From: Fibrobacteria bacterium
GTDB lineage: Bacteria > Fibrobacterota > Fibrobacteria > UBA11236
NCBI GenBank assembly: GCA_043745805.1
Contig: JAYTSD010000043.1
Location: forward strand, 32,001 to 96,000
Length of the DNA: 64,000 nt
Reading direction: 5' to 3'
Both the position numbers and the translations under genes were made by a program. Below, piece after piece: positions 1 to 10,409 of the stretch; positions within the stretch are counted from its first letter, which is position 1, and each line of letters starts with the position of its first letter. Below the pieces are notes generated by a model. It was given only the letters and a program-made list of their open reading frames with translations, searched no databases and was not told the DNA's origin.

Positions 1-171
1 AATGAGCAGTACTTATTGGAGGCTTTTTTAACCTTTAACTCTGAATTTAAAATCATCGGCGCCTTGAATTATCTTAAACACCATCATTTGCAAGAATTTG
101 CTGAAAAAAGTCCCATATTTGCAAAGCAAGAATGGCGCGAGCCCGGTGCATTTTGGATGGTAAAAAAATAA
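1..171 (+). CDS. 3' end of a partial CDS, probably a class I SAM-dependent methyltransferase of a polysaccharide locus
   Basis: Frame 1 is open from base 1 to TAA at 169-171 and reads NEQYLLEAFLTFNSEFKIIGALNYLKHHH...PGAFWMVKK. The NEQYLL(E/Q)AFL motif is typical of such methyltransferases. Not in the ORF track. Confidence 0.6.
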   Translation, partial: NEQYLLEAFLTFNSEFKIIGALNYLKHHHLQEFAEKSPIFAKQEWREPGAFWMVKK

Positions 172-293
172 TATACCCTAGGGGTCTATTTAACTTTTGA
201 CGCACTCATTAAATATAAAGGCGACTTCAAACCGGAGCTCAAGATGAGCCCTCATACGTGTAATTTAGGGAAAAAATTTGTAGTTTAAGGGGC

Positions 294-1499
294 ATGATTC
301 AAATTACACATTCCCTGAAAAAGACGGTTTCCCCCCTTTTTTTTTTCCTTGTAGCCTTAGGGGTTACGAGTGCCCAAACCCTCCCATTTATACCTAAAAA
401 TAACGTTGATGAATCGGATTATACACCGACGCTTCCAACTGAAAACTTAATCCCTACCTCAATCGATTTAAAAGAATCGGCCGATTTTCCAATCGATCCG
501 AAAACCTATGAACTTGGTCCAGGAGATATTATTGGAGTAGACATTTTCGCTAAAGTGTATGCAAAAATATCCCTCAAAATAAATCCCCAAAATGGAGTGG
601 TTTTTCCTCAAATAGGCTTTGTTTCCACGCAAGGCCAAACCCCTTTTTCATTGGAAGAACAGATAAAGCCGCTGATGAGAAAAAAGGTAAAGGCGGATTC
701 TATAAAAGTATATCTCGAAAAAGGTAAAAAAATCAGATTAACGGTTTATGGATCGGTAAAAAAACCAGGACAAATTTTATTAGAGAATTTTTCTCGACTC
801 ACTGAGGCTTTAAAGGAGGCTGATTTACTTCCTTGGGCATCGCGAAATAATATCAAAGTTGAAACCGTGGGCGGAGTAAAAGAATATGATGTTTTTAAAG
901 CAGTGAAAACGGGCGATACAATCGGCAACCCTATGTTAACATCAGGAAGTAAAATTTTTATTTCCTCATGCCTTGAATCGGGTAAGTATTTCACTTTTAA
1001 AAAGGGCTCTTTAATAACCCGGGTATGTTTACCCGAAGGCGCTCAAGTTTTGGATCTTCCCATTTTATTGCGTGATCTTATGGGTAAAAATGGAAATATG
1101 TATAGCCTTATTATTAAACGTGATAAATCAGCAAAATCAGTGGATAGCTATGCCAGCGATAGCTTGAAAGATCAGGATAGCGTCATCGTGAATTCGGGAG
1201 AGTCAAAAGTTTTTGTGACCGGATCCGTTCCCAGGCCAGGGCAATATTCATTCGATCCATGGTTATCCTTGCAGCAATATGTTTCATTGGCTGGGGGAGA
1301 AGATGCAAGGGGCAATGGCATGTCCGTCAAGTTGTACAGGAATAATATTGAGGTTCCAGTAAATCAAAATACTCAGGTGGAATCCGGTGATATACTATAC
1401 GTTTCAACTAGGGTCATCGTTCGATTTAATGAGTATTTAAGTGCAATGGTTGCATTGGCGACTTTGCTAATTGCTGCAAAAAGTATAAATGCATTTTGA
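294..1499 (+). CDS. Polysaccharide export protein with SLBB domains (Wza/KpsD-like)
   Basis: Signal peptide, YELGPGD Poly_export motif, repeated V-x-G-S-V-x-x-P-G SLBB motifs, hydrophobic C-terminal helix. Confidence 0.85.
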   Translation: MIQITHSLKKTVSPLFFFLVALGVTSAQTLPFIPKNNVDESDYTPTLPTENLIPTSIDLKESADFPIDPKTYELGPGDIIGVDIFAKVYAKISLKINPQNGVVFPQIGFVSTQGQTPFSLEEQIKPLMRKKVKADSIKVYLEKGKKIRLTVYGSVKKPGQILLENFSRLTEALKEADLLPWASRNNIKVETVGGVKEYDVFKAVKTGDTIGNPMLTSGSKIFISSCLESGKYFTFKKGSLITRVCLPEGAQVLDLPILLRDLMGKNGNMYSLIIKRDKSAKSVDSYASDSLKDQDSVIVNSGESKVFVTGSVPRPGQYSFDPWLSLQQYVSLAGGEDARGNGMSVKLYRNNIEVPVNQNTQVESGDILYVSTRVIVRFNEYLSAMVALATLLIAAKSINAF

Positions 1500-2622
1500 T
1501 AAGGGACTTCCCTTATCAAAATCTTCAATAAATCCCCCTAAAAAAATAAATGTCATTATCCCGTTTATTTATAATACGGGAGGAATAAAATTAATCTTGG
1601 AACACTCTCGTTTTTTTCAGGAAAACGGATATGTAGTTACTGTTTTTTATCCCTTTATCAAATACAAACCCTATTACAGTTTTAAAGAAATAATTTCTGC
1701 GATAATCGCCCAGTCTTCATCTCCTTTTTTATTAGCAGAAAAAATTTATGACCGCTTCTTTACAAAAAACACCAAGAAAATCGCATTAAATGATTCTTTG
1801 GAATTCAAAAAAGTATTTTGGATATCCCGATTTTTCATCCCTTCTGCCGACATCATTATAGCAACTTCCTGGCCTACAGCGATTAGTGTGGCAAAACTTC
1901 CAAATACATGCGGTGAAAAATTTTATTTCATTCAGGGATATGAAACTTGGGGCGGATACCAAAAGAAAGTTGAAAGTACTTATCACTTGCCATTGAAACT
2001 TGTCACTATTTCTCCTTGGCTGACAGGCATAGTGGAAAGGGTAAGTAAGAGAAAAATTTCAAAAGAAATACATAATGGAATAAATCTCAATAGGTTTCAG
2101 CCGGCGGTTAAAATAGGAGATAAAATTCGGATCTTAATGCCCTATCACACTTTGCCGCAAAAGGCTTCCAAAGAAGGCATTGAGATATTAAAGTCCATCG
2201 CTATAAATTTTCCAGATATCGAAATTAATATTTTTGGTTTGTTTAAAAATCCGCATCTTGGTTCATTTTACACTTATTATGAAAATCCAAATCCAAATGA
2301 ACTCCTTGGATTATATCAGCAATCCCATATAATGCTGTATCCATCCATTGAAGAAGGTTGGGGGTTATCTATTTTGGAGGCCATGGCTTGTAAATGCGCC
2401 GTAGTTGCAAATAAAATGGGATGCGTGCCTGTCTTATATAATGGTAAAAACATGTTAGTTAGCGAATCCTTTGATTTCGGGGAACTTAAAAGCCATATTA
2501 CCCTTTTGATTCAAAATCCAGAAATCCGATCTTCAATTTCTGAAGGCGGGTATCAGACGGCTCTCCAATTTGATGTAAAAGTACAGGCTCAGAAATTTAT
2601 GGAACTTTTTTTAAAATCATAA
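1489..2622 (+). CDS. Glycosyltransferase family 4 (WsaF-like)
   Basis: ADIIIATSWPTA, FYFIQGYE and the EGWGLSILEAMAC (EX7E) motif. Confidence 0.9.
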   Translation: MHFDKGLPLSKSSINPPKKINVIIPFIYNTGGIKLILEHSRFFQENGYVVTVFYPFIKYKPYYSFKEIISAIIAQSSSPFLLAEKIYDRFFTKNTKKIALNDSLEFKKVFWISRFFIPSADIIIATSWPTAISVAKLPNTCGEKFYFIQGYETWGGYQKKVESTYHLPLKLVTISPWLTGIVERVSKRKISKEIHNGINLNRFQPAVKIGDKIRILMPYHTLPQKASKEGIEILKSIAINFPDIEINIFGLFKNPHLGSFYTYYENPNPNELLGLYQQSHIMLYPSIEEGWGLSILEAMACKCAVVANKMGCVPVLYNGKNMLVSESFDFGELKSHITLLIQNPEIRSSISEGGYQTALQFDVKVQAQKFMELFLKS

Positions 2623-2637
2623 AAGTTACGGTAAGGT

Positions 2638-3369
2638 ATGAAGAATATAAGGCAGTTAGTAAAGAAACTAATTCAAAGAACAGGATACGATTTAATCAAG
2701 TTTCCCCCTTTACCTGAATCGACCATTAGGAGGCGGGCTTTTTTTAAAACCGAAATGTTCGATGTTATCATCGATATTGGTGCTAATATTGGACAGTTTG
2801 CGCAGTATACTCGCAATCAACTGAAGTTTGAAAATAAAATAATTTCATTCGAGCCTTTAACGAGTGCATTCGAATCTTTGAAATTAAATGCCAGCAAAGA
2901 CCCGAAATGGGCAATATTTAATTGTGCCATTGGCAATGAATTAGGAAAAAAGGAAATCAATATTGCTGGAAATTCTTTTAGTAGTTCATTACTTGAAATG
3001 CTTCCCGCCCATTTAGATGCTGCACCGCACTCGAAATACGAGAGGAAAGAATGGATAGAGGTAAAACCTTTGGATTCTTTTTTAGAGACTGCATTCAAGA
3101 AGACTGAAAAAATTTTCTTGAAAATAGATACGCAAGGTTTTGAGAAACAGGTATTGGATGGTGCAAAAGAATCTTTGAAATTTATTTCAACTATACAATT
3201 AGAAATGTCATTGGTCCCTCTCTATCAAGGAGAGTTGGTATTTCGTGAAATGTATCCTATTCTAATGGGTTTGGGTTACACATTAATTGATTTTGAAGCT
3301 GGATTTACCGATCCGACAACGGGGCGACTTCTTCAAATCGATGGGATCTTTCAAAGGCGAAAACCTTGA
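2638..3369 (+). CDS. FkbM family methyltransferase
   Basis: IDIGANIGQF, SFEP and LKIDTQGFE motifs. Confidence 0.92.
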   Translation: MKNIRQLVKKLIQRTGYDLIKFPPLPESTIRRRAFFKTEMFDVIIDIGANIGQFAQYTRNQLKFENKIISFEPLTSAFESLKLNASKDPKWAIFNCAIGNELGKKEINIAGNSFSSSLLEMLPAHLDAAPHSKYERKEWIEVKPLDSFLETAFKKTEKIFLKIDTQGFEKQVLDGAKESLKFISTIQLEMSLVPLYQGELVFREMYPILMGLGYTLIDFEAGFTDPTTGRLLQIDGIFQRRKP

Positions 3370-3388
3370 GGAAAAAATAATCCGAAAA

Positions 3389-4153
3389 ATGAAAATTTCT
3401 ATTATCACCCCAAGTTACAACCATGCCCATTTTATTGAGGATACTATTAACAGTGTATTGCAGCAACATGGTTGTGATATAGAGCATATCATTATGGATG
3501 GCGGTTCCCAGGATGGCACGGTTGAAATTTTAAAAAAATATCCGCATTTGAATTGGGTATCAGAAAAAGATCATGGTCAAACAGATGCGATAAATCGCGG
3601 GATGAAAAAAGCCAGCGGGGATATAATTGCATGGCTCAATTCTGATGACTACTATGATAAAGATATCTTGAATGACGTCGCGCACTATTTCGAAAAACAT
3701 CCGGAATGTTATTTCTTATATGGTGACCTTACTTTCGTGGATGAGAATAAAAAATATTTAGGGCAGGCCGCTGGAAAAAAAATGGGTTACGACGCCTTGT
3801 CGAAAAATCCTGATCTCGTGAGACAACCCGCTTCGTTTTGGAGAAAAGAAATATTAGAGCAGGTCGGCTTCTTGAATGAAAATCTTAATCTTGTAATGGA
3901 TTTCGAATTTTTTCTTAGGATAGCGAAACGATTCGAAATGCATTATTTGGATAAAAACATATCCTATTTTAGGCTTCATGATAATTGCAAGACAGTACAA
4001 TTCGGTAATCGGCAATTGGAAGAAATAAAGCTGGTGCTCCAAGAATTAACTCAAGAACCACAAAGGCTTTTCAAGCAACTTATCTTTCAACGAAAGAAAC
4101 AAAAAATGAAAGAAACGCTGTATGGCTATTTTAAATTCCTGAAAGGAAAGTAA
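3389..4153 (+). CDS. Glycosyltransferase family 2
   Basis: MKISIITPSYN, DGGSQDGT, WLNSDD. Start moved to ATG 3389 because the ORF-track start overlaps the FkbM gene. Confidence 0.9.
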   Translation: MKISIITPSYNHAHFIEDTINSVLQQHGCDIEHIIMDGGSQDGTVEILKKYPHLNWVSEKDHGQTDAINRGMKKASGDIIAWLNSDDYYDKDILNDVAHYFEKHPECYFLYGDLTFVDENKKYLGQAAGKKMGYDALSKNPDLVRQPASFWRKEILEQVGFLNENLNLVMDFEFFLRIAKRFEMHYLDKNISYFRLHDNCKTVQFGNRQLEEIKLVLQELTQEPQRLFKQLIFQRKKQKMKETLYGYFKFLKGK

Positions 4154-4175
4154 TCCGTTTTTTTGTTTCCAAAAA

Positions 4176-5654
4176 TTAATGGACGATTATTCTCCTGATT
4201 TTAGTCATCAACTCCTTTGATTCCTTAGTCAACAAAACCAAAGAGCAAATCCCGCAAAATCCAATTTGAATGATCAATGTAAAATTGGGAATATACGTGC
4301 ATAGAAGAATATTTACTCCCACCAAAAGATGAAAAGGAAATAATATTTTCCACCCGCTTTTTTTTGTGATTGTAGAAAAAAGCAAGTCCGAAAATTTACT
4401 AACAAAATAAAAAATCAAAAAACTGCAAACTAGTACGGACAGATAAAAACCGATTATTCCTGTGGACGCGTCAAAGGTTTTAAACCCTAGCCTAAGAAAT
4501 AAATAAGTCAGTACAACATTCAAACATTGTACGATCAACAAAACTTTTTCCCGTTTAATTCCAATGATGTAAGTGTAGTAAACATATCCGATATTATTAG
4601 TGCTTTCCACTAGCACCAGAATTAGAAAAATAACAATGGAGTCTTTTGTATGATAAAACTTATCCGAGACAATCAAAAAAATGGGAGCCAAAACTCCAAA
4701 TCCCAGTACGGAATAAATAACTGAAAGGTTCGAAATGTGGGACGCATCTTTTGATAAAAAATCTTGGCATTCGAATTGAGTTTTAAGCATACTAATTTTA
4801 GGTAACGTATTCCTAAAAGAGCTTGAAAAAATTCCCGAAAGGGCAACAACAAAACGGCGAGAAATTTCGTAGACCGTTACATTCGATGCCGAGGATAAAA
4901 TTCCAATAGTATATTTAATAATGGGATCAATTGCTGTTCCCAATAAAGTCACCGTTTGGAGCGTGAAATTTTGGTTTAATACCTTGCCCATAGTCTTAAA
5001 ATTCACTCCAGTAAAATCTAGGGACAAATCATTTTGCCGGAATTTAAAGTAAAACAAATAGATTAAAAATTGCACAGCGGAATTCAGAAGGTACGCTTCT
5101 GCCAAAAACAAAACATCAAGTTTAAGATAATAGATTACTACGATTTCAAAAAACTGAAAAAATGAATTTAGAATAGAAAGTATAGAAACGAGTTTAAAGC
5201 GATGCAGTCCTTCAAATGCGCTTCTAAAAAAATTATTTAAGTACCCGCAAAAAAAACTGCCGCCTAAAACGAGACAAATGGAATACAAATTTTTAGGGTT
5301 GGCTTCCGCAATAATTTTTTCATTTGCAACAATCAAATGCTGCGAGGCGGCCACCATTATTGTGGAAATCAGTATGCCTGATAAACCAATAATTACAAAT
5401 GAATTGGAAAATTCTGCAATAACCGATGTATTGGATCTTTTTGAAGAAACCAAACGGACTACCGATGCTCCGATACCGAAATCTAATGCGATGCCAAGTC
5501 CAAAAATAGAAGAAAGTAAAAGCCAAATACCAAAGAGGTTTTTTTCAAAAGCAAGCAGGGATAGTTTTAATCCCACAAAAGAAAAGGTAATAAGTATGAT
5601 ATATTGAATACTTAACCAAACAGAATTCTTGATGTCTTTGGATTCAAAAGCCAT
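4176..5654 (-). CDS. wzx: Oligosaccharide flippase (Wzx-like)
   Basis: Many TM segments, N-terminal KNSVW...FGIW...LDFGIG pattern, polysaccharide-locus context. Confidence 0.75.
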   Translation of the reverse strand: MAFESKDIKNSVWLSIQYIILITFSFVGLKLSLLAFEKNLFGIWLLLSSIFGLGIALDFGIGASVVRLVSSKRSNTSVIAEFSNSFVIIGLSGILISTIMVAASQHLIVANEKIIAEANPKNLYSICLVLGGSFFCGYLNNFFRSAFEGLHRFKLVSILSILNSFFQFFEIVVIYYLKLDVLFLAEAYLLNSAVQFLIYLFYFKFRQNDLSLDFTGVNFKTMGKVLNQNFTLQTVTLLGTAIDPIIKYTIGILSSASNVTVYEISRRFVVALSGIFSSSFRNTLPKISMLKTQFECQDFLSKDASHISNLSVIYSVLGFGVLAPIFLIVSDKFYHTKDSIVIFLILVLVESTNNIGYVYYTYIIGIKREKVLLIVQCLNVVLTYLFLRLGFKTFDASTGIIGFYLSVLVCSFLIFYFVSKFSDLLFSTITKKSGWKILFPFHLLVGVNILLCTYIPNFTLIIQIGFCGICSLVLLTKESKELMTKIRRIIVH

Positions 5655-5666
5655 TTGTTGCGAAAG

Positions 5667-7088
5667 CTAAGAGTTAATTATTTCGGAATCGGTTTTTAAT
5701 ATTCTGAAATTAGCCATAGATATCCCAAGTACAAATCCCCACAGAATAGCGCATTGATGCCATAGCCAAGCATCTGAAAAAGCCATTGAAAAGGTGATGT
5801 ATACATGCACTAACAATATTCCTATAGAAATATTTTTCTCCTCGGCGGTATTTGAAAGGTTAAGGGATTTAAATGACACTCTTAGCGAAAAAAAGATTAG
5901 CAATAAAAACCCTACCATACCGATAATCCCCGTTTCCGTTAAGACAGCTAAATAGGTAATATGCGGACTTAGGTTTTCAACAAATGCTTTAAAAAGGAGT
6001 TTCGGTAGAAAATTGTATCTAATGGAATCGAATCCGAATGAATAGGCTCCAATTCCGATTATGGGGTGTTTAATAAAACCGTTCACTGCCGTAACCCATA
6101 TCATCAGTCTTGTACCCAGAGTATTGCTGGTTAATCCAGTTGTACCGGATCCGCTCTTTGGGTGCTCGGTTTTATGCATAGAAACTAATTCTGTATGTCG
6201 TTTAAATGAATCGGGCTTAGCAACAAAAAGAACGCCGATTAATGCTACAAAAATGACGACAATCGTTAAGATTTTTTTGACCAAAGTGAATCGAGGAATG
6301 CAAAGCGTTTTTGGAAAAAACCAGGAATAAGTTACAACTACCGCTAATGTCAGGAACAGAGATATAAGTGTGTTTCTTGTTTGCGTAAGAATGAGAGCAA
6401 TTGATATCACGCTAAGTAGAAGCATTTTTCCGATTTTGTTTTTTTCTTGAGAAAAAAGAAATTTGGACAACAAAATCAAAATTGCAACACACGCAAAATC
6501 TACGAAGACTACACCAGTAAAACCAAAAACCCTTTCATGTGTAGAGTGGGCTTGCCAAAATATTTGCAAAGAGTTGAGAAAGGCCCAAAATAAGAAAATC
6601 TTAGTTATGGACTTAATCTGGACATCCGTTTTAATAATTCCCGCAATTAGCTCCAGCAACAGGAATACTGCAATAATATTAAAGGAGAGGAAAATACTTC
6701 GAAGTTGATTCGAGGAGTTAATGAAAGAGGGAATAATTGAAATGAGATAGATGAAAAAAAATATCCTTATCGGGTTAGGCCCGAATAGGGGCGCTCCATT
6801 TTTATTTATTAAGCTGGAAATCAAAATTAAAAAAGGCGCATAAACAGCTAAATGGTTACCTAGGCCGTAAAAATGAAGGCTCATGATGGTTATAGTGAAG
6901 GCTATTGCCCAATGAGCTCGAAGCACTAATAAGGGTAGGGTAAAGAGAATGCATCCTAAGATTAAGCCTTTGGGACTCAAAACCTCAGAGGGCATTAAAA
7001 TACAGAATAAGGGAACAAGAATAATGATGGCTGCGAATTTATAATAAGCAGCTCGATTCATTATGTTGAAAGCGGAAATTCTAAACAC
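5667..7088 (-). CDS. O-antigen ligase/polymerase family protein (Wzy_C domain)
   Basis: Multi-TM; LILTQTR, RLMIW...HPIIGIG, PHITYL...ETGIIG motifs. The 5' end may be shorter than the ORF track shows. Confidence 0.85.
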   Translation of the reverse strand: MFRISAFNIMNRAAYYKFAAIIILVPLFCILMPSEVLSPKGLILGCILFTLPLLVLRAHWAIAFTITIMSLHFYGLGNHLAVYAPFLILISSLINKNGAPLFGPNPIRIFFFIYLISIIPSFINSSNQLRSIFLSFNIIAVFLLLELIAGIIKTDVQIKSITKIFLFWAFLNSLQIFWQAHSTHERVFGFTGVVFVDFACVAILILLSKFLFSQEKNKIGKMLLLSVISIALILTQTRNTLISLFLTLAVVVTYSWFFPKTLCIPRFTLVKKILTIVVIFVALIGVLFVAKPDSFKRHTELVSMHKTEHPKSGSGTTGLTSNTLGTRLMIWVTAVNGFIKHPIIGIGAYSFGFDSIRYNFLPKLLFKAFVENLSPHITYLAVLTETGIIGMVGFLLLIFFSLRVSFKSLNLSNTAEEKNISIGILLVHVYITFSMAFSDAWLWHQCAILWGFVLGISMANFRILKTDSEIINS

Positions 7089-8253
7089 GCTTATTAAAAA
7101 TTTCTTTCTTAATTTGTAAGAATTTCGGGTTGTTAATTTTAGATAAAATTTCTCTAAATACTATCTGCAAGAAAACCAGAATAGTTAAAAATAAAGCAAT
7201 TAATATCGCAGTAACCGTTCTTTGGGGAGATGTTCTTTTAATGGGAGGTATAGCCTTATCGATCACATTTAAAACGGGTGTCATTTTTTGCTCATTGAAC
7301 TTCGCTTGTTCAAAAATGGGAATAATGTATTCCAACATAGTGCCGTACATTTGTACATCACGGTACAATCGATAATATTCCAACATGGATTTTGGAATAG
7401 AATCTAAAGGTAGCCGATTTAGATTAGATGTTCTGGTATTTTTGAATTCATCTAGATTACGATGTAATTCTTGCGAAATGACTTGAGCTTTTTTAAATTC
7501 ATTTGATTGCTCCCCAAGTAATTCTTTACTGATGTGAACTTCGAGATCTTTTTTTCTCATTTCTGATTCAATAGTTGATAATCTTTCGATTAATTTTGTG
7601 GTTTGAGTTTTCGCTTCAATCACCCCACTTTTTTCTTGGTAGTCCTTTAAAATCTCTTCTGATTTTTTAAGAGAATCTTTAATTGCATCCACCCTCTTTT
7701 CTAAAAAAATCCGATCATTTTTAGATTTCGTAATATTAATTTCGATCACTTTTTCATTCAGATATTGAACGAGATAATTCGCTATATCGCTTGCAAGTTG
7801 TGGGGATCTAAATTTTGCAGATATCGTATAAGCATTATCAAAATTGACATCGGTGTTAATCAACTTGCGTAAAGCTTTAACGCCGACTTCCTGATTTTTG
7901 AATTTATATAATTTCATTAAATCATATTTTAAAATCACATTCTCCATGCTGGTGCGGCTATAAAGTACCGTATTGTAAAGAGCAAACTCGGCATCGTTTC
8001 CAATTTCGCCGGTAATGCTTGGCAATACACCCGAAAATTTCCCTGCAAGAGACATTAAGCCACTCATGGGATTATTTCCTCCGGAGGAAATAATTGTCGC
8101 CGTAGCGGTATATTCTGGTTTTACAAAAAATAATATTGAGAGGTATGCGGTTATGAGAGTAGAAATAAAAATAAGCGCTAGACGTCTTTTATTACTAACC
8201 ATTAGGAGTAAAAGGTCCATTAATTCGATTTCATTTTTTTCTTTGTCGTTCAT
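7081..8253 (-). CDS. Chain-length determinant / polysaccharide co-polymerase (Wzz/GumC-like, no kinase domain)
   Basis: EIELMDLL N-terminus, two TMs around a coiled coil, VIDKAIPP..RTSPQR before the second TM. Confidence 0.85.
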   Translation of the reverse strand: MNDKEKNEIELMDLLLLMVSNKRRLALIFISTLITAYLSILFFVKPEYTATATIISSGGNNPMSGLMSLAGKFSGVLPSITGEIGNDAEFALYNTVLYSRTSMENVILKYDLMKLYKFKNQEVGVKALRKLINTDVNFDNAYTISAKFRSPQLASDIANYLVQYLNEKVIEINITKSKNDRIFLEKRVDAIKDSLKKSEEILKDYQEKSGVIEAKTQTTKLIERLSTIESEMRKKDLEVHISKELLGEQSNEFKKAQVISQELHRNLDEFKNTRTSNLNRLPLDSIPKSMLEYYRLYRDVQMYGTMLEYIIPIFEQAKFNEQKMTPVLNVIDKAIPPIKRTSPQRTVTAILIALFLTILVFLQIVFREILSKINNPKFLQIKKEIFNKRV

Positions 8254-8318
8254 ATTTCCTTATTTAATAATAATTTGTGAAGAGCTGGGTATAGATTAAC
8301 CCATTACTTCAGGTTAGC

Positions 8319-9329
8319 TCACTTCAAAACACCCAAAACTTCTTCCGACTTTTTTCGATCGCCTTGATTGTAGTAAATCGCAGCCACATTCTCTATACCT
8401 GTTTTGCCGGATATACTTCCCAGTTCATAAGCTGCCTTAAACTCCTCCAAGGCCTTATCATACCTTTGTTGCCCAAAAAAAATCATGCCGCGCTTTAAAT
8501 AAACTTCCGGTTTTTTTACTCCAGCACGAATGGCTTGCTCAAGGGTCAGTAAAGATAAGAACTCTGCATGATCTTTTTCCTGTAAATTTGCGATGCGCAT
8601 ATAATATTCACTATGCTTAGGCTCCAAGGACAAGCCTTCTTCATAGGAGCGCAAGGCTTTGCGGGTATTTCCATCCAATTCATAAAGCTGGCCTAAATAA
8701 AAATAGGCGCTGGCGGGGGCATTACGGGTTAGCAGAATTGCATCCTGCATGGTTTTTTCGGCACTGGGATAATCTTGGGTTTGCGTATAGGCTTCGGCCA
8801 TAGCGAAATAAATATCCACTTGATCGGGTTCTTGTTTTAAGGCAGCATCGAATTGCTTTAAAGCTTCAATGGGATCGCCGGCTTTTAAGGCACATTCACC
8901 AAGCATTTGATAAGCATGCAAACTTGGACCATCAATTTCCAAAACGCGGCGATAACAGGGCATCGCATCGCCCACGGCACCTAGAGTAAAGTACACATCG
9001 CCCAACACTTGCCATGCGCGCGAAAAGGAAGGAGCTTCTTCTAAGCTACGACGATAGGCCACAATAGCTTTTTGATAGGACTTTATTTGAATATCGCAAT
9101 TGCCCAAATTAAACCAAGCAAAGGCGCGATTTTGCGGCTCCTTTAAGGCGAGCTTATATTTTTCTGCCGCGCCAATGTAATCCCCTTTTTCATAAAGTTG
9201 ATTGCCTAATACCAAAGCATTTTGTGGAGTAGCTACAATAGGAGTCGCCGCTTGATCTGCGCAAACCGAATAGGTGTTTATGCCGATTAATAGTAGAATA
9301 GTTACTACAATATTATTAAGGATGATCAA
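8319..9329 (-). CDS. Secreted tetratricopeptide-repeat protein (TtpD-like)
   Basis: Signal peptide and successive TPR units (AWFNLG, AWQVLG, AYQMLG, AYFYLG). Confidence 0.85.
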   Translation of the reverse strand: MIILNNIVVTILLLIGINTYSVCADQAATPIVATPQNALVLGNQLYEKGDYIGAAEKYKLALKEPQNRAFAWFNLGNCDIQIKSYQKAIVAYRRSLEEAPSFSRAWQVLGDVYFTLGAVGDAMPCYRRVLEIDGPSLHAYQMLGECALKAGDPIEALKQFDAALKQEPDQVDIYFAMAEAYTQTQDYPSAEKTMQDAILLTRNAPASAYFYLGQLYELDGNTRKALRSYEEGLSLEPKHSEYYMRIANLQEKDHAEFLSLLTLEQAIRAGVKKPEVYLKRGMIFFGQQRYDKALEEFKAAYELGSISGKTGIENVAAIYYNQGDRKKSEEVLGVLK

Positions 9330-9996
9330 AACTGAATCGCCTTTTGAAATGTTGTCTTACCGCTACTTTTTGCAAAGTGGCGGGTTTAAATTTTAATTTT
9401 TTAGCGCTTTCAATAGCTTTGGCTCCAAAACCGTATCCGATAGGCTCTTCTTTGAGCACCGTGATTTGCTCGACATTACCACTTTCATTTACAATAAAAG
9501 TTAAATCGACGTACCCAGAAATTCCTTCCCTTTCTGCTCGCGAAGGAAACTCTAATTTTGGATCGGCACCAATCATTCTCGCATCCGTATCCGTTTGGCC
9601 TGGCTCGTAGGTAACATTGCCATTACCTTCTCCCACACCATTGCCGGTTCCTGAACCCAAAGGCCCGGTGCGATTTCCTCCTGAAACTAAAGCTTGGCCT
9701 TCACCGCCTGCAGGACTTAAATCAATTTTTAAACCGCCACCCACACGGCCTACAGGTCTGGGCGAACCTAAATTTTGCGGGGACAAGATTTGTTGATGTA
9801 TTTCTTGAATTTCTTTTTTCACCAATTTTTCGGGTTCAGGATTATTGAATACTAATTCACGAATCACTTCTTTGGGTTTGGCATTTTGTTGCTGTTTTCT
9901 CTGCATAATTAATTGCATGCCCGGCACCAATAAATAAAGGCATAGATTAAGTATCAATGCCAAAATAAACAGGATGCTATACTTTAAAAAATTCAT
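9316..9996 (-). CDS. tonB: TonB family energy transducer
   Basis: N-terminal TM anchor, Gly-rich linker, TonB_C domain (FPSRAEREGISGYVDLTFIV...G). Confidence 0.88.
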   Translation of the reverse strand: MNFLKYSILFILALILNLCLYLLVPGMQLIMQRKQQQNAKPKEVIRELVFNNPEPEKLVKKEIQEIHQQILSPQNLGSPRPVGRVGGGLKIDLSPAGGEGQALVSGGNRTGPLGSGTGNGVGEGNGNVTYEPGQTDTDARMIGADPKLEFPSRAEREGISGYVDLTFIVNESGNVEQITVLKEEPIGYGFGAKAIESAKKLKFKPATLQKVAVRQHFKRRFSFDHP

Positions 9997-10409
9997 GGTT
10001 TAAGGGTTGAAATGCTAACTTTCTTCACATCGGCTGCATTGCAAGCATCGAGCACTTCCACCGCTTTGGCAATAGAGGCATCGCGATCGGCCACAATCAC
10101 CACAGCACGATTGGGTTCTTGTGCCATATAATGTTTGAGTACGGTGGCTAAAGTTTTCAGGCTAACAGGGCTTTCATTAATGTGTACACTACCTTCTTTG
10201 GTTACCCCAATGAGCAAAGGTTGTTTGCTTAAAGATTTGGCGCTACTCGCTTTGGGCTTATTAATATCAATGCCCATTTCCTTGGTGAAGCTACTGGTTA
10301 ACACAAAAAATACCAAAAGAAAAAACAACATATCGATCATGTTAATCAAATTAAGCTCGGTAGTACGCCTTACTTTTTTCTTCAGCCCAAATTCATTCCA
10401 GCTGCTCAC
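9993..10409 (-). CDS. exbD: Biopolymer transporter ExbD
   Basis: NLINMIDMLFFLLVFF TM carrying the conserved Asp; ADRDA motif. Confidence 0.92.
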   Translation of the reverse strand: MSSWNEFGLKKKVRRTTELNLINMIDMLFFLLVFFVLTSSFTKEMGIDINKPKASSAKSLSKQPLLIGVTKEGSVHINESPVSLKTLATVLKHYMAQEPNRAVVIVADRDASIAKAVEVLDACNAADVKKVSISTLKP

